Part shown: one piece after another, positions 1-7,053 of the stretch
Layout of the letters: the number at the start of each line of letters is the position of its first letter
Position numbering within the stretch: position 1 is the stretch's first letter
DNA from: Enterococcus phage EFRM31
DNA length: 16,945 nucleotides
Reading direction: 5' to 3' (one strand)
Sequence record: GU815339.1
Position numbers and translations under genes: made by a program
The notes under the pieces: generated by a model
Told to the model about the DNA's origin: nothing
Seen by the model: only the letters and a program-made list of their open reading frames with translations
Databases searched by the model: none

Positions 1-12
1 AAAATTTAGCTC

Positions 13-49
13 TCCCTCCCATTTTATTTTGGTAGTCCCTCCCACTTTT
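13..49. repeat. two direct copies of TCCCTCCCA(T/C)TTTT (13-25 and 36-49), 23 nt apart, downstream of leftward HNH gene
   Basis: Seen directly in sequence; on minus strand reads TGGGAGGGA x2 (SD-like). Confidence 0.5.
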
Positions 50-79
50 TAAAATCTGATAGCCCCAACCTACCTGCAA

Positions 80-451
80 TCACCCCTTGCGGTGGCGGAA
101 GCTGGCTGAATGCTCTTCTTTATTGTGACACTCTTGACAGATGCTTTCTAGGTTATCTATATCCAACCTATGTTCCCAACCCATTGTGGTCCGTACCTCT
201 TGCCTATGATGCACTATGGTTGCTATGCTTGTATTACATACTTCACACATTGGATTCATTGATAGCTTTCTTGCTCTAACGTTTCGCCACTGTGTTGATG
301 CATAGAAGTCCGCATACTTCTTGTTATCTGGTGAATGTCTTACTTGCTTGTTGTATGTCTTTGCTTGTTGTCCTCTGTGTTGTTCACAGTATACTTCTGG
401 TATGTCTACATACTCCCTGCAGTGTGCAACCTTACACCGTCGCTTAGGCAT
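80..451 (-). CDS. HNH endonuclease, zinc-finger type (phage HNH family)
   Basis: ORF track 80..463. Motifs CxxC...HH...CxxCHN (CEVC, HH, CQECHN). Likely ATG start at 451 overlapping upstream stop as TAATG (translational coupling); GTG at 463 is the alternative. Confidence 0.8.
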   Translation of the reverse strand: MPKRRCKVAHCREYVDIPEVYCEQHRGQQAKTYNKQVRHSPDNKKYADFYASTQWRNVRARKLSMNPMCEVCNTSIATIVHHRQEVRTTMGWEHRLDIDNLESICQECHNKEEHSASFRHRKG

Positions 452-654
452 TAGAAGCCCCACATATCTTTGTTAGTATTACTATTAAAGATGTCATAAG
501 ATACTTTAGGTTTGGTTGTTGGTTCTGTTGTTGGTTGTTCTGTTGTGTCTGATGTGTTGGTAACCATTGCTTGCTCTAACTGTCTGATGTATGATACTAA
601 CTCTAACTTAGTATGAGATAGTAGTTGCTTGTCTGTCATGCCCTCCATGTTCAT
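451..654 (-). CDS. hypothetical protein (Thr/Pro-rich C-terminal half)
   Basis: ORF track. Minus-strand RBS AGAGGAGGG 9 nt upstream of ATG at 654. Confidence 0.5.
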   Translation of the reverse strand: MNMEGMTDKQLLSHTKLELVSYIRQLEQAMVTNTSDTTEQPTTEPTTKPKVSYDIFNSNTNKDMWGF

Positions 655-736
655 ATAGTATACCCTCCTCTATGTTGTGTTGTCAAGGGTACAGTATTAA
701 ACTATACCCTCCATTCTATATTGTATATGGTGGTAC

Positions 737-940
737 TTATTTGTTGTAGCCCTCTAGTGTGGACTTCATACCTGTTAGTAGCATACGTCCAAATACATTC
801 CATAAGATATAGACAATAGCTAAACCAGTGTTACCTGATGTCCACAATACATAGGGTAGATACACATACATTAGTCCTGCCATTCCTACTGTAAATACTA
901 AGATGATTGTTGCTGTTACGAATTGCGTTAGTTTATTCAT
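737..940 (-). CDS. small membrane protein (2 predicted TM helices)
   Basis: ORF track. Perfect RBS AGGAGGAATAATAATG on minus strand (plus 941-953). Hydrophobic composition. Confidence 0.55.
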   Translation of the reverse strand: MNKLTQFVTATIILVFTVGMAGLMYVYLPYVLWTSGNTGLAIVYILWNVFGRMLLTGMKSTLEGYNK

Positions 941-976
941 TATTATTCCTCCTATTTGTTTTTGCTTTACTTCTAT

Positions 977-985
977 ATTATAGCA
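977..985 (-). promoter_or_regulatory. leftward promoter, extended -10 (TGCTATAAT on minus strand)
   Basis: Plus-strand ATTATAGCA at 977-985 is the reverse complement of TGnTATAAT. Positioned upstream of the minus-strand operon. No clear -35. Confidence 0.4.
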
Positions 986-1043
986 TACTTATTTGTAGTT
1001 TAGGGAATAGATTAACCATTAATCGAAACCATTTAATGATAAA

Positions 1044-1325
1044 GTGTAACGCTTGTAACGCTTATGTAACGCTTTGAATTTCTAAGTGTTACACCCTTCA
1101 GCCTTACTCTCCCAAGGGATTAACCAATAGTGTAACACTTGTAACGCTTATATTTGACTTTATAGAATAAAAAGTGATGGTATATTAAAGTGGTGTATAT
1201 ATAGAGTAGAAAAAAATAAAGCGTTACACGTTACAACCATAATAAAACTGGTTACTATCGTTGTTATATCAACGTTTATAGGTGTAACACTTGTGTAACG
1301 CTTAAGTGTTACAAAGCGTTACATT
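1044..1325. repeat. iteron/operator array: ~14 copies of core TGTAAC/GTTACA (as GTAACGCTT direct/inverted and near-palindromic GTGTAACAC) in two clusters flanking an AT-rich stretch (1150-1222)
   Basis: Seen directly. GTAACGCTT at 1046-1054, 1055-1063, 1067-1075, 1141-1149. GTGTAACAC/GTGTTACAC at ~1086, 1130, 1282, 1308. AAGCGTTACA at ~1219-1235, 1294-1303, 1314-1323. Lies between divergent promoters. Confidence 0.7.
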
Positions 1326-1356
1326 AAACAAATTTCAATAAATTTAAACAAAAGTG

Positions 1357-1385
1357 TTGACAAATTACCAAACATGGTTTAGTAT
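1357..1385 (+). promoter_or_regulatory. rightward early promoter TTGACA-17-TAGTAT
   Basis: TTGACA 1357-1362, 17-bp spacer containing CATGGT, -10 TAGTAT 1380-1385. About 30 nt upstream of the first rightward RBS. Confidence 0.55.
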
Positions 1386-1417
1386 ATAGACATACCAAAC
1401 AAACAGGAGGAAACAAT

Positions 1418-1750
1418 ATGTACAAAAAGAAAATAAGAAGTAGAAGCTTTGAACAAATTGAATTAAACAAAGAAGAGGTAAGACAATACTTATCTGAACA
1501 CAATTACAAGATATGTAATGTAGACCACAGAAGATGGATTCCACTTGTAGACGCATGTAAACATTTCAATGAGTGGTCAGACACAGAAGAAAGAATCACA
1601 GTATTTGACTTCACATACGCACTATTTATTATTGCAATATATGATTACAATGTACCAACAAAAGGAACAACCAAGTTAGTAAATGGTAAGCAACAAAAAG
1701 TATTAACTAATATTTATATCAAACCAACATTTAAGGAGGAAACAAAATGA
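1418..1750 (+). CDS. hypothetical early protein (first gene of rightward operon)
   Basis: ORF track. RBS AGGAGGAAACAATATG. Confidence 0.6.
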   Translation: MYKKKIRSRSFEQIELNKEEVRQYLSEHNYKICNVDHRRWIPLVDACKHFNEWSDTEERITVFDFTYALFIIAIYDYNVPTKGTTKLVNGKQQKVLTNIYIKPTFKEETK

Positions 1751-2124
1751 TTAAACGAGAACTACACACAGCAATCACTAACAGAGATATTGAAGAAATA
1801 CTTGACCACATTAGTGGTGAAACAAAGATTGTAAGTCACGTTGTTGACAGTCTTGGTACGCATTACATTATTACTGAAACAGAAGAACCTGAAACACAAG
1901 AACCTGAAAATGAAATACAAAAACTTGAACAACTTATTAAAAGTACACAGGACCATTTCACAGAGGACTTATACAATTGTGTTGATAATATGAATTTCTA
2001 CTATAGTCAAGGTATAATGACAGATTATAGAGAGTATGTAAAACAGTATGATGGAATAATGAAACGATATGGAGAAAGATTAAAAGATTTAAACAAAAAG
2101 CTTGAAAAACTAAAACAAGTATAG
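1747..2124 (+). CDS. hypothetical acidic protein (Glu/Asp-rich)
   Basis: ORF track. RBS AAGGAGGAAACAAAATG. ATGA overlap with upstream stop. Confidence 0.6.
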   Translation: MIKRELHTAITNRDIEEILDHISGETKIVSHVVDSLGTHYIITETEEPETQEPENEIQKLEQLIKSTQDHFTEDLYNCVDNMNFYYSQGIMTDYREYVKQYDGIMKRYGERLKDLNKKLEKLKQV

Positions 2125-2164
2125 TAAACTGGTTTCATAAGATAAGATAAGAGGAGGAAACAAA

Positions 2165-2353
2165 ATGACATTCAAAAAAGGCGATAAGGTGAAATACACG
2201 GATAGTTTTTGGTTTGATGAATTAGGAAAAATTGAAGGTGAACAACCAAACACAATAGTGTTTACAGTGGAATGGGCTTCTGAAACAGTATTACGATTAG
2301 CGGGCTTTACTTATACATTCGAACCAAAATATTTTGAAAAAGTGGAAAAATAG
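2165..2353 (+). CDS. hypothetical small protein
   Basis: ORF track. RBS GAGGAGGAAACAAAATG. Preceded by TCATAAGATAAG leader motif. Confidence 0.55.
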   Translation: MTFKKGDKVKYTDSFWFDELGKIEGEQPNTIVFTVEWASETVLRLAGFTYTFEPKYFEKVEK

Positions 2354-2366
2354 GAGGAACAGTTAA

Positions 2367-2447
2367 ATGATTGACTTAAAAAATATATTACTAGGTATTG
2401 TTGTTGGTTGTGTGCTAAAGTGGTTAAAGGATAGAGGTAAATTATAA
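2367..2447 (+). CDS. 26-aa hydrophobic micropeptide (MIDLKNILLGIVVGCVLKWLKDRGKL)
   Basis: Not in ORF track (under 60 aa). RBS TAGGAGGAACAGTTAAATG. Stop overlaps next start as TAATG. Confidence 0.35.
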   Translation: MIDLKNILLGIVVGCVLKWLKDRGKL

Positions 2448-2662
2448 TGAACTCACGCCTAAATGATGAAGTATTTCAAGATTGTATGCAACCAAGATAC
2501 GTTAACCGTGACGAACCAAGGCAATACGAATGTATTACAATAAATCATAAAGACCAGATTGACACACAGTATATTTACGCTTATACTATTAAAGAAGCAA
2601 TTGAAATGCTACACAAAATGCAAAACGTAACACGCATAATTGATATTAAGGAGGTAAAGTAA
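2447..2662 (+). CDS. hypothetical small protein
   Basis: ORF track. Translationally coupled to upstream micropeptide. Confidence 0.55.
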   Translation: MNSRLNDEVFQDCMQPRYVNRDEPRQYECITINHKDQIDTQYIYAYTIKEAIEMLHKMQNVTRIIDIKEVK

Positions 2663-3067
2663 ATGAAATACACAGAAAAAGACATTAAAGAAGGTACTAA
2701 ATTAATTTGCACAAAAGGCAATATAATCTGGTGGACCGTAGGTAAATTGTATGAAGTAAAACTAACTAAAGATGATAGTTTATCAATTAAGGACGACCAT
2801 GGACATGACGCATATACAGATTATATGTTAGACTGTTTAAACGGAGACCATATAGTAAAATTTGAAATTGTTGAACAACCAACCGCAACAATCACAGTGG
2901 ACGTTGAACAACGGTTAAATGATAAGATTGAATCACTAAGAAGTGAACGTGAAAATATCTTAAGTAAAATGGATAGAATGGAAGCACAACAACTTAAATT
3001 GCGTGATAAAATCAATAAACTAAGCGAAGCGAAAAAAGCGCTAGAAATTTTAAAAGAATTTAAGTAA
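2663..3067 (+). CDS. hypothetical protein with C-terminal coiled coil
   Basis: ORF track. RBS AAGGAGGTAAAGTAAATG. Confidence 0.6.
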   Translation: MKYTEKDIKEGTKLICTKGNIIWWTVGKLYEVKLTKDDSLSIKDDHGHDAYTDYMLDCLNGDHIVKFEIVEQPTATITVDVEQRLNDKIESLRSERENILSKMDRMEAQQLKLRDKINKLSEAKKALEILKEFK

Positions 3068-3073
3068 AACACT

Positions 3074-3102
3074 TGACACCTACTATATCACATGGTATAG
3101 TA
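3074..3102 (+). promoter_or_regulatory. promoter TTGACA-17-TATAGT embedded in an 11-bp perfect inverted repeat (CACCTACTATA / TATAGTAGGTG, 3077-3106)
   Basis: Seen in sequence. Shares AAAACACTTGACA with the promoter at 6987. Confidence 0.5.
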
Positions 3103-3132
3103 GGTGTATAAGATAACTAAGGAGGAAATAAC

Positions 3133-3210
3133 ATGGCAGTATTTGGTTTAGTATTTGTAACAGTTGGTATATTTGGTACTTACAACATTATAAAGTATAT
3201 TGAGGACTAG
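3133..3210 (+). CDS. 25-aa hydrophobic micropeptide (MAVFGLVFVTVGIFGTYNIIKYIED)
   Basis: Not in ORF track. RBS AAGGAGGAAATAACATG. Confidence 0.35.
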   Translation: MAVFGLVFVTVGIFGTYNIIKYIED

Positions 3211-3221
3211 GAGGAACAAGA

Positions 3222-3446
3222 ATGCCAGTAAAAACGAACTATTATATTTGTTTAACAAATAATGAACTATTCAGCTTATACACAGAAGAACCAATTCTTG
3301 TAATGTATGAAAAAGCAGTTGAAAATGATGAAAAGTTATTGAAATTGGAAAAACCAGAAGCAATTGAAATTGATGGTGAAATGCAATACACATTTATCAC
3401 CATTCCATTAGATTCAATATTATATGTATTGGAGGACGCAAAATAA
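3222..3446 (+). CDS. hypothetical acidic small protein
   Basis: ORF track. RBS TAGGAGGAACAAGAATG. Confidence 0.55.
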   Translation: MPVKTNYYICLTNNELFSLYTEEPILVMYEKAVENDEKLLKLEKPEAIEIDGEMQYTFITIPLDSILYVLEDAK

Positions 3447-3601
3447 TGAGATTATTAGAAGCAATCGCAATCGCTTTATTGGTAACATTCGCAATCGCAG
3501 TACCACTATTATTTGTATTTATTATTTATATGGCATATGTAACTGATGGCTGGGGCGGCATTTGGTTAATGTTAATTGTTTTGTGGATTATGATTAAATA
3601 G
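3446..3601 (+). CDS. 51-aa membrane protein (MRLLEAIAIALLVTFAIAVPLLFVFIIYMAYV...)
   Basis: Not in ORF track. ATG overlaps upstream stop (TAATG). Two hydrophobic helices. Confidence 0.45.
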   Translation: MRLLEAIAIALLVTFAIAVPLLFVFIIYMAYVTDGWGGIWLMLIVLWIMIK

Positions 3602-3612
3602 GAGGAATAGTA

Positions 3613-3834
3613 ATGAAGAAAGATGTAGGTACGTTTTGGAAATTTGAAAATGATTCATGGTACTTCTTTATTATTGGTAGTTTTGAAGATGAAGTTAGTG
3701 TATGTGCAATTGACACTTCAAACAATCAAATTAGTTTTATGATGATGAACCACGAACAAACAATTGACTTTATACCAAGTGATAATTTTGAAATGAATAA
3801 CTATTTAATTGAGGTGATGGGAAAATATGAGTGA
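3613..3834 (+). CDS. hypothetical small protein
   Basis: ORF track. RBS TAGGAGGAATAGTAATG. Confidence 0.55.
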   Translation: MKKDVGTFWKFENDSWYFFIIGSFEDEVSVCAIDTSNNQISFMMMNHEQTIDFIPSDNFEMNNYLIEVMGKYE

Positions 3835-4045
3835 TTCAGTGAAGGTTATTGGCTCAATTTGGGCTTCAACTGATGGTCTAAATATTTACAGAATTGACCA
3901 GATAGACACACGTGGTTATTTTATCACATTGTTAGATAATGAAATAAACATGGTTTCTAAAGCATGGATACACAAGCAAGCTACAATGTGTGACACAAAA
4001 GCAACAAAAGCACAAAAACAACAATTTGAGGAGGAAGCAAAATGA
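3827..4045 (+). CDS. hypothetical small protein
   Basis: ORF track. Overlaps neighbours, indicating operonic coupling. Confidence 0.55.
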   Translation: MSDSVKVIGSIWASTDGLNIYRIDQIDTRGYFITLLDNEINMVSKAWIHKQATMCDTKATKAQKQQFEEEAK

Positions 4046-4248
4046 GTAGAATTAATAAATTAGAAGCATTATGTTTAGCAGTGGCATTCGTTGTTTTATT
4101 AGGTTGTTTCATATTGTTAGGAATCGCAGTTGTGTGCATTTTACTATCATTAAACACTATAGAATGGTTAATTGTGGGTGTTGCGTTAGTATTAATATTA
4201 ATGCTTTGGGTTGGCATATACCAATATGATAAACAAAAATATAATTAA
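4042..4248 (+). CDS. small membrane protein (2 TM)
   Basis: ORF track. RBS GAGGAGGAAGCAAAATG. Hydrophobic. Confidence 0.55.
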   Translation: MSRINKLEALCLAVAFVVLLGCFILLGIAVVCILLSLNTIEWLIVGVALVLILMLWVGIYQYDKQKYN

Positions 4249-4264
4249 ATATGCTATTATAAGG

Positions 4265-4301
4265 GAGAAAGTTAAATAAAACAGTTGACTTTCTCTTTTT
4301 T
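4265..4301 (+). terminator. rho-independent terminator (stem GAGAAAGT/ACTTTCTC + T6) overlapping the next promoter -35
   Basis: Seen in sequence. Near-identical cassette repeated at 5938-5975. Confidence 0.55.
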
Positions 4302-4313
4302 ACATGGTATATT
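4285..4313 (+). promoter_or_regulatory. promoter TTGACT-17-TATATT with CATGGTATA motif; leader TCATAAGATATTAGGAGGA
   Basis: Seen in sequence; consensus spacing. Confidence 0.55.
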
Positions 4314-4342
4314 AATGTCATAAGATATTAGGAGGAATAATA

Positions 4343-5929
4343 ATGGTAAATGAATTACAAAAAGTTGAATATGACCAACCAGTGGAATTAAGCTTTATCA
4401 GCACGCTTGAAAAGACTTTGACACCTAGCAAGCAATATATCAAAGCACTAAAGGAGTATGAAAAGGATCACAAAGAGTGGGAAGTGGACTTCAAAAATGG
4501 AGATGTGGCTAAGAATGCAGAACCACAACGACCAGAACCAACATATGATGGCTTAAACGCAGAAGCCTTAGCTGTTCACATGGCTAAGGTGTTGCCAGTA
4601 CACGCAAGTTCTACAATTGGTTTACCAGTTGTTTACAACCATGACACAAAAATTTATGAGGTATCAGAGGACAATTTAGAAGCTCGTTTATGGCAAAAGC
4701 TTTACAATGAATTTATGATGGTCTACACACCACATTATGCAGAAAATGCAAAGGTTGCTAACCAATTTAGAAATGCAGTCCAAAGAATGGCAAAAAATGC
4801 GCTTGCTTCTGGTGCTAACTTACCATTTAATGACAAAATGGACCCAAATAAGATTGCATTTAAAAATGGGACATATCGCTTTAAAGAGGACACATTAAAA
4901 CCAACGGTAAAAGAGGACTACCAAACAACAAGAATTGAATATGATTATATTGATAATCCTAAACACAATATCGTTGCTGAATGGATTGAGTACATTTTAG
5001 AAGAGGACGCAAAAACACTATTTCAATTGATTGGACGTATTTTCTACCGCAACCAAGACCCACAAGCAATGGTATTTGCAACTGGTGAAGGTAGTAACGG
5101 TAAATCGCATGTAATGAGCTTCATTGAGGACCTAGTAGGTAAATCAAATACAAGTCATGCAACACTAGCTAGCTTGTCAGGTAATAATGACAAATTCGCA
5201 AGCTCTCAATTATTTGGTAAAATGGTAAATATTGAAACTGATATGCCAGCGCAACACATTAAGCAAACAGGTACACTGAAAACATTGTCAGGTAATGACG
5301 TAATGAGTGCAGAGTATAAAGGTATTAACAAGTTCACATTTACGAACTACGCACTAATGATTTTCACAACTAATAACATGCCTACTTTTTCAGACACTTC
5401 ACATGGTTTCTTGCGCCGTATTATCACGCTTCCATTTAACAAGACCATGGGAAGAGATAACCCAACAGATTCAATGTGGCTAGAACGTTCAAAGAATTTC
5501 ACATATGAAGAAAAGTCAGAGTTTATCAGCTACTGTCTGCAACAATATAGAAATGTATTGTTTGGGCTAAATGGAGAAACAAAAGGGCAGTTCTGGACCA
5601 GTGATAATGCAAATAAATTACGTGACGCATTTATCCAAGGAAATGACACAATGGCTAACTTTATTGAATTGAATGAACTTGAATTTACAAACAATATTGA
5701 TGATGTAATTCCAAATACAGAATTATTAGAAGCATATAACACTATGTTACGTGAAGAGAATCTAATGGAAGTATCAGCCAAGAAGTTCATTCCAGAATTG
5801 AAACGTAAAGCACAATCAGAAAACATTATTCTTAGTGTAATTACTAAGCGTGTTGATGGAAGAGTACAACGTTGTACAACTAACGTGAGATGGAAAACCA
5901 ATACCTCTGAAACAGATAATATTTTTTAA
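4343..5929 (+). CDS. DNA helicase / primase-associated NTPase, D5_N + SF3 (phage/plasmid primase P4-family C-terminal domain)
   Basis: Walker A GEGSNGKS. Motif pattern of the D5/P4 SF3 NTPase family (FTTN, RR finger region). 528 aa. No recognisable primase (AEP/DnaG) catalytic motifs seen by eye. Confidence 0.85.
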   Translation: MVNELQKVEYDQPVELSFISTLEKTLTPSKQYIKALKEYEKDHKEWEVDFKNGDVAKNAEPQRPEPTYDGLNAEALAVHMAKVLPVHASSTIGLPVVYNHDTKIYEVSEDNLEARLWQKLYNEFMMVYTPHYAENAKVANQFRNAVQRMAKNALASGANLPFNDKMDPNKIAFKNGTYRFKEDTLKPTVKEDYQTTRIEYDYIDNPKHNIVAEWIEYILEEDAKTLFQLIGRIFYRNQDPQAMVFATGEGSNGKSHVMSFIEDLVGKSNTSHATLASLSGNNDKFASSQLFGKMVNIETDMPAQHIKQTGTLKTLSGNDVMSAEYKGINKFTFTNYALMIFTTNNMPTFSDTSHGFLRRIITLPFNKTMGRDNPTDSMWLERSKNFTYEEKSEFISYCLQQYRNVLFGLNGETKGQFWTSDNANKLRDAFIQGNDTMANFIELNELEFTNNIDDVIPNTELLEAYNTMLREENLMEVSAKKFIPELKRKAQSENIILSVITKRVDGRVQRCTTNVRWKTNTSETDNIF

Positions 5930-5937
5930 AATAATTT

Positions 5938-5975
5938 AAAGAAAGTTGACTAAAACAGTTGACTTTCTTTTTTTC
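5938..5975 (+). terminator. rho-independent terminator (AAAGAAAGT/ACTTTCTTT + T8) containing tandem AGTTGACT x2
   Basis: Seen in sequence. Duplicate of the 4265-4301 cassette. Confidence 0.55.
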
Positions 5976-5987
5976 GCATGGTATACT
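5959..5987 (+). promoter_or_regulatory. promoter TTGACT-17-TATACT; leader TTCATAAGTTAAGAGGAGGAATTAAACAATG
   Basis: Seen in sequence; consensus spacing. Confidence 0.55.
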
Positions 5988-6018
5988 TAGTTCATAAGTT
6001 AAGAGGAGGAATTAAACA

Positions 6019-6186
6019 ATGACAATCAAAATAGGTAATGAAGTAATGGGTGTTAAAGAATGGTCAGGAAATGGATTAATCAAAGGACATAAATATGTTA
6101 TCAAAGATATTGACAGTAACATTGAAGAAGGTTTAAAGTATGTTGTACGTGATTCATCAGGTTATTTCTGGGTGTGGGATTGGTAA
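6019..6186 (+). CDS. 55-aa hypothetical protein (MTIKIGNEVMGVKEWSGNGLIKGHKYVIKDIDSNIEEGLKYVVRDSSGYFWVWDW)
   Basis: Not in ORF track (under 60 aa). Perfect RBS and the conserved leader shared with the 6283 gene. Confidence 0.5.
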   Translation: MTIKIGNEVMGVKEWSGNGLIKGHKYVIKDIDSNIEEGLKYVVRDSSGYFWVWDW

Positions 6187-6223
6187 ATAGAAAAAATTAA
6201 TTTAAAAAGTTAATAAAAAGGGG

Positions 6224-6252
6224 TTGACAAACTTCTAAAAGCTTGATATAAT
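6224..6252 (+). promoter_or_regulatory. strong promoter TTGACA-17-TATAAT with extended -10 (TGATATAAT)
   Basis: Seen in sequence. AAAAGGGGTTGACAA shared with the promoter at 6482. Confidence 0.6.
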
Positions 6253-6282
6253 CAATTCATAAGTTAAGGGAGGAATTAAACA

Positions 6283-6471
6283 ATGACAACTAAAGAAAAA
6301 TACGAAAACAAATTACAAAAATTAAACGAAAGATTTGACAAATTAAAAGCTGAAATGATTGAAGCATACGACAAAGGAGATAACGAAAAAGGACATGAAC
6401 TAAACGATAGACTAGAAAACATGTTAGATGTGATTTTACTAACTGAAACAGTATTAGAAAACTTAAAATAA
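6283..6471 (+). CDS. hypothetical coiled-coil small protein
   Basis: ORF track. Leader and RBS identical to the 6019 gene. Confidence 0.55.
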   Translation: MTTKEKYENKLQKLNERFDKLKAEMIEAYDKGDNEKGHELNDRLENMLDVILLTETVLENLK

Positions 6472-6485
6472 AATCAGAAAAGGGG

Positions 6486-6514
6486 TTGACAAGTTCAGCC
6501 CCAACTGATATACT
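6486..6514 (+). promoter_or_regulatory. promoter TTGACA-17-TATACT (TGATATACT extended -10)
   Basis: Seen in sequence. Confidence 0.55.
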
Positions 6515-6543
6515 TAATTCATAAATTAAAAGGAGGATATGAG

Positions 6544-7005
6544 ATGGACTTTCAAATTGGAACAGTAAAGAAAACACAAGGACAAGTAAAGAAACACATT
6601 ACGCAATGTACTACACAAGAGAAAGAACAACTAAACAAAGCAAAAGACAGAGTGAAAGACTTGTGGTTAAAGCGTGGTATAAAAACAGGGTATCACTTAC
6701 AAGATAAAATAAGAAACGGTGAAACTAAATTTTCATATCTGCGAGCAATGGAAGCAATGATACATGGTGAAATTATTGAATATAACGAAACAGGTGCAGA
6801 TAAACGTGTTTTGATTCGTTCAGGAATTGGGCATGTAGGTGAATCTATTGATGATATAGTAGTACAATGTATAGTGGTTTCTCTATTTAGCGGTAAAGTA
6901 ATTACAAGCTATTTAAACAAAGCTAGTGATAGACATAAGACACTTGACCCAAGGCGATATAATAAAAATTTAAAAATTAATTTACCAAAACACTTGACAA
7001 AATAA
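6544..7005 (+). CDS. hypothetical protein (153 aa); 3' end contains the next promoter
   Basis: ORF track. RBS AAAGGAGGATATGAGATG. Confidence 0.55.
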   Translation: MDFQIGTVKKTQGQVKKHITQCTTQEKEQLNKAKDRVKDLWLKRGIKTGYHLQDKIRNGETKFSYLRAMEAMIHGEIIEYNETGADKRVLIRSGIGHVGESIDDIVVQCIVVSLFSGKVITSYLNKASDRHKTLDPRRYNKNLKINLPKHLTK

Positions 7006-7022
7006 AAACAATCATTTATACT
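6994..7022 (+). promoter_or_regulatory. promoter TTGACA-17-TATACT, followed by a second TATATAAT
   Basis: Seen in sequence. AAAACACTTGACA shared with 3067. Confidence 0.5.
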
Positions 7023-7053
7023 AAGTATATAATCAATTAGGAGGAATAAATAA

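Noticed and set aside
656-718. Duplicated GGAGGGTATA on the minus strand (plus 656-673 and 699-718) and a TTGACA-18-TATACT box ending 2 nt before the ATG of the 451..654 gene (possible leaderless promoter)
   Set aside because: The first copy is simply the RBS of the 451..654 gene, and the second has no start codon. The promoter-like match would put the -10 on top of the start codon, which is likely coincidental in AT-rich DNA. Noted but not called.
625-819. 64-aa plus-strand ORF overlapping the two minus-strand genes
   Set aside because: No RBS. Overlaps well-supported minus-strand genes with strong RBSs. Cys/Val-rich junk composition.
1044-1325. Could the short repeats be a CRISPR array?
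   Set aside because: Repeats are only 9 nt, irregularly spaced, in both orientations, and lack unique spacers of constant length. This is a protein-binding iteron pattern, not CRISPR.
80-1417. Lysogeny module (repressor/integrase) in the leftward unit
   Set aside because: Leftward genes encode a 2-TM peptide, a Thr/Pro-rich small protein and an HNH endonuclease. No HTH repressor, integrase or excisionase motifs are recognisable, so the divergent region is not called a CI/Cro switch.
1365-1956. minus-strand ORFs 1365..1556 and 1762..1956
   Set aside because: Antisense to strongly supported rightward genes. No RBS. Phe/Cys-rich antisense composition of AT-rich coding DNA.
2821-3072. 83-aa minus-strand ORF
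   Set aside because: Antisense of the coiled-coil gene 2663-3067. Ser/Leu-rich mirror of a Glu/Lys-rich gene.
3981-4217. 78-aa minus-strand ORF
   Set aside because: Antisense to the 2-TM protein gene with a good RBS. No RBS of its own.
5530-5901. 123-aa minus-strand ORF inside the helicase gene
   Set aside because: Fully antisense to a clearly conserved helicase. No RBS.
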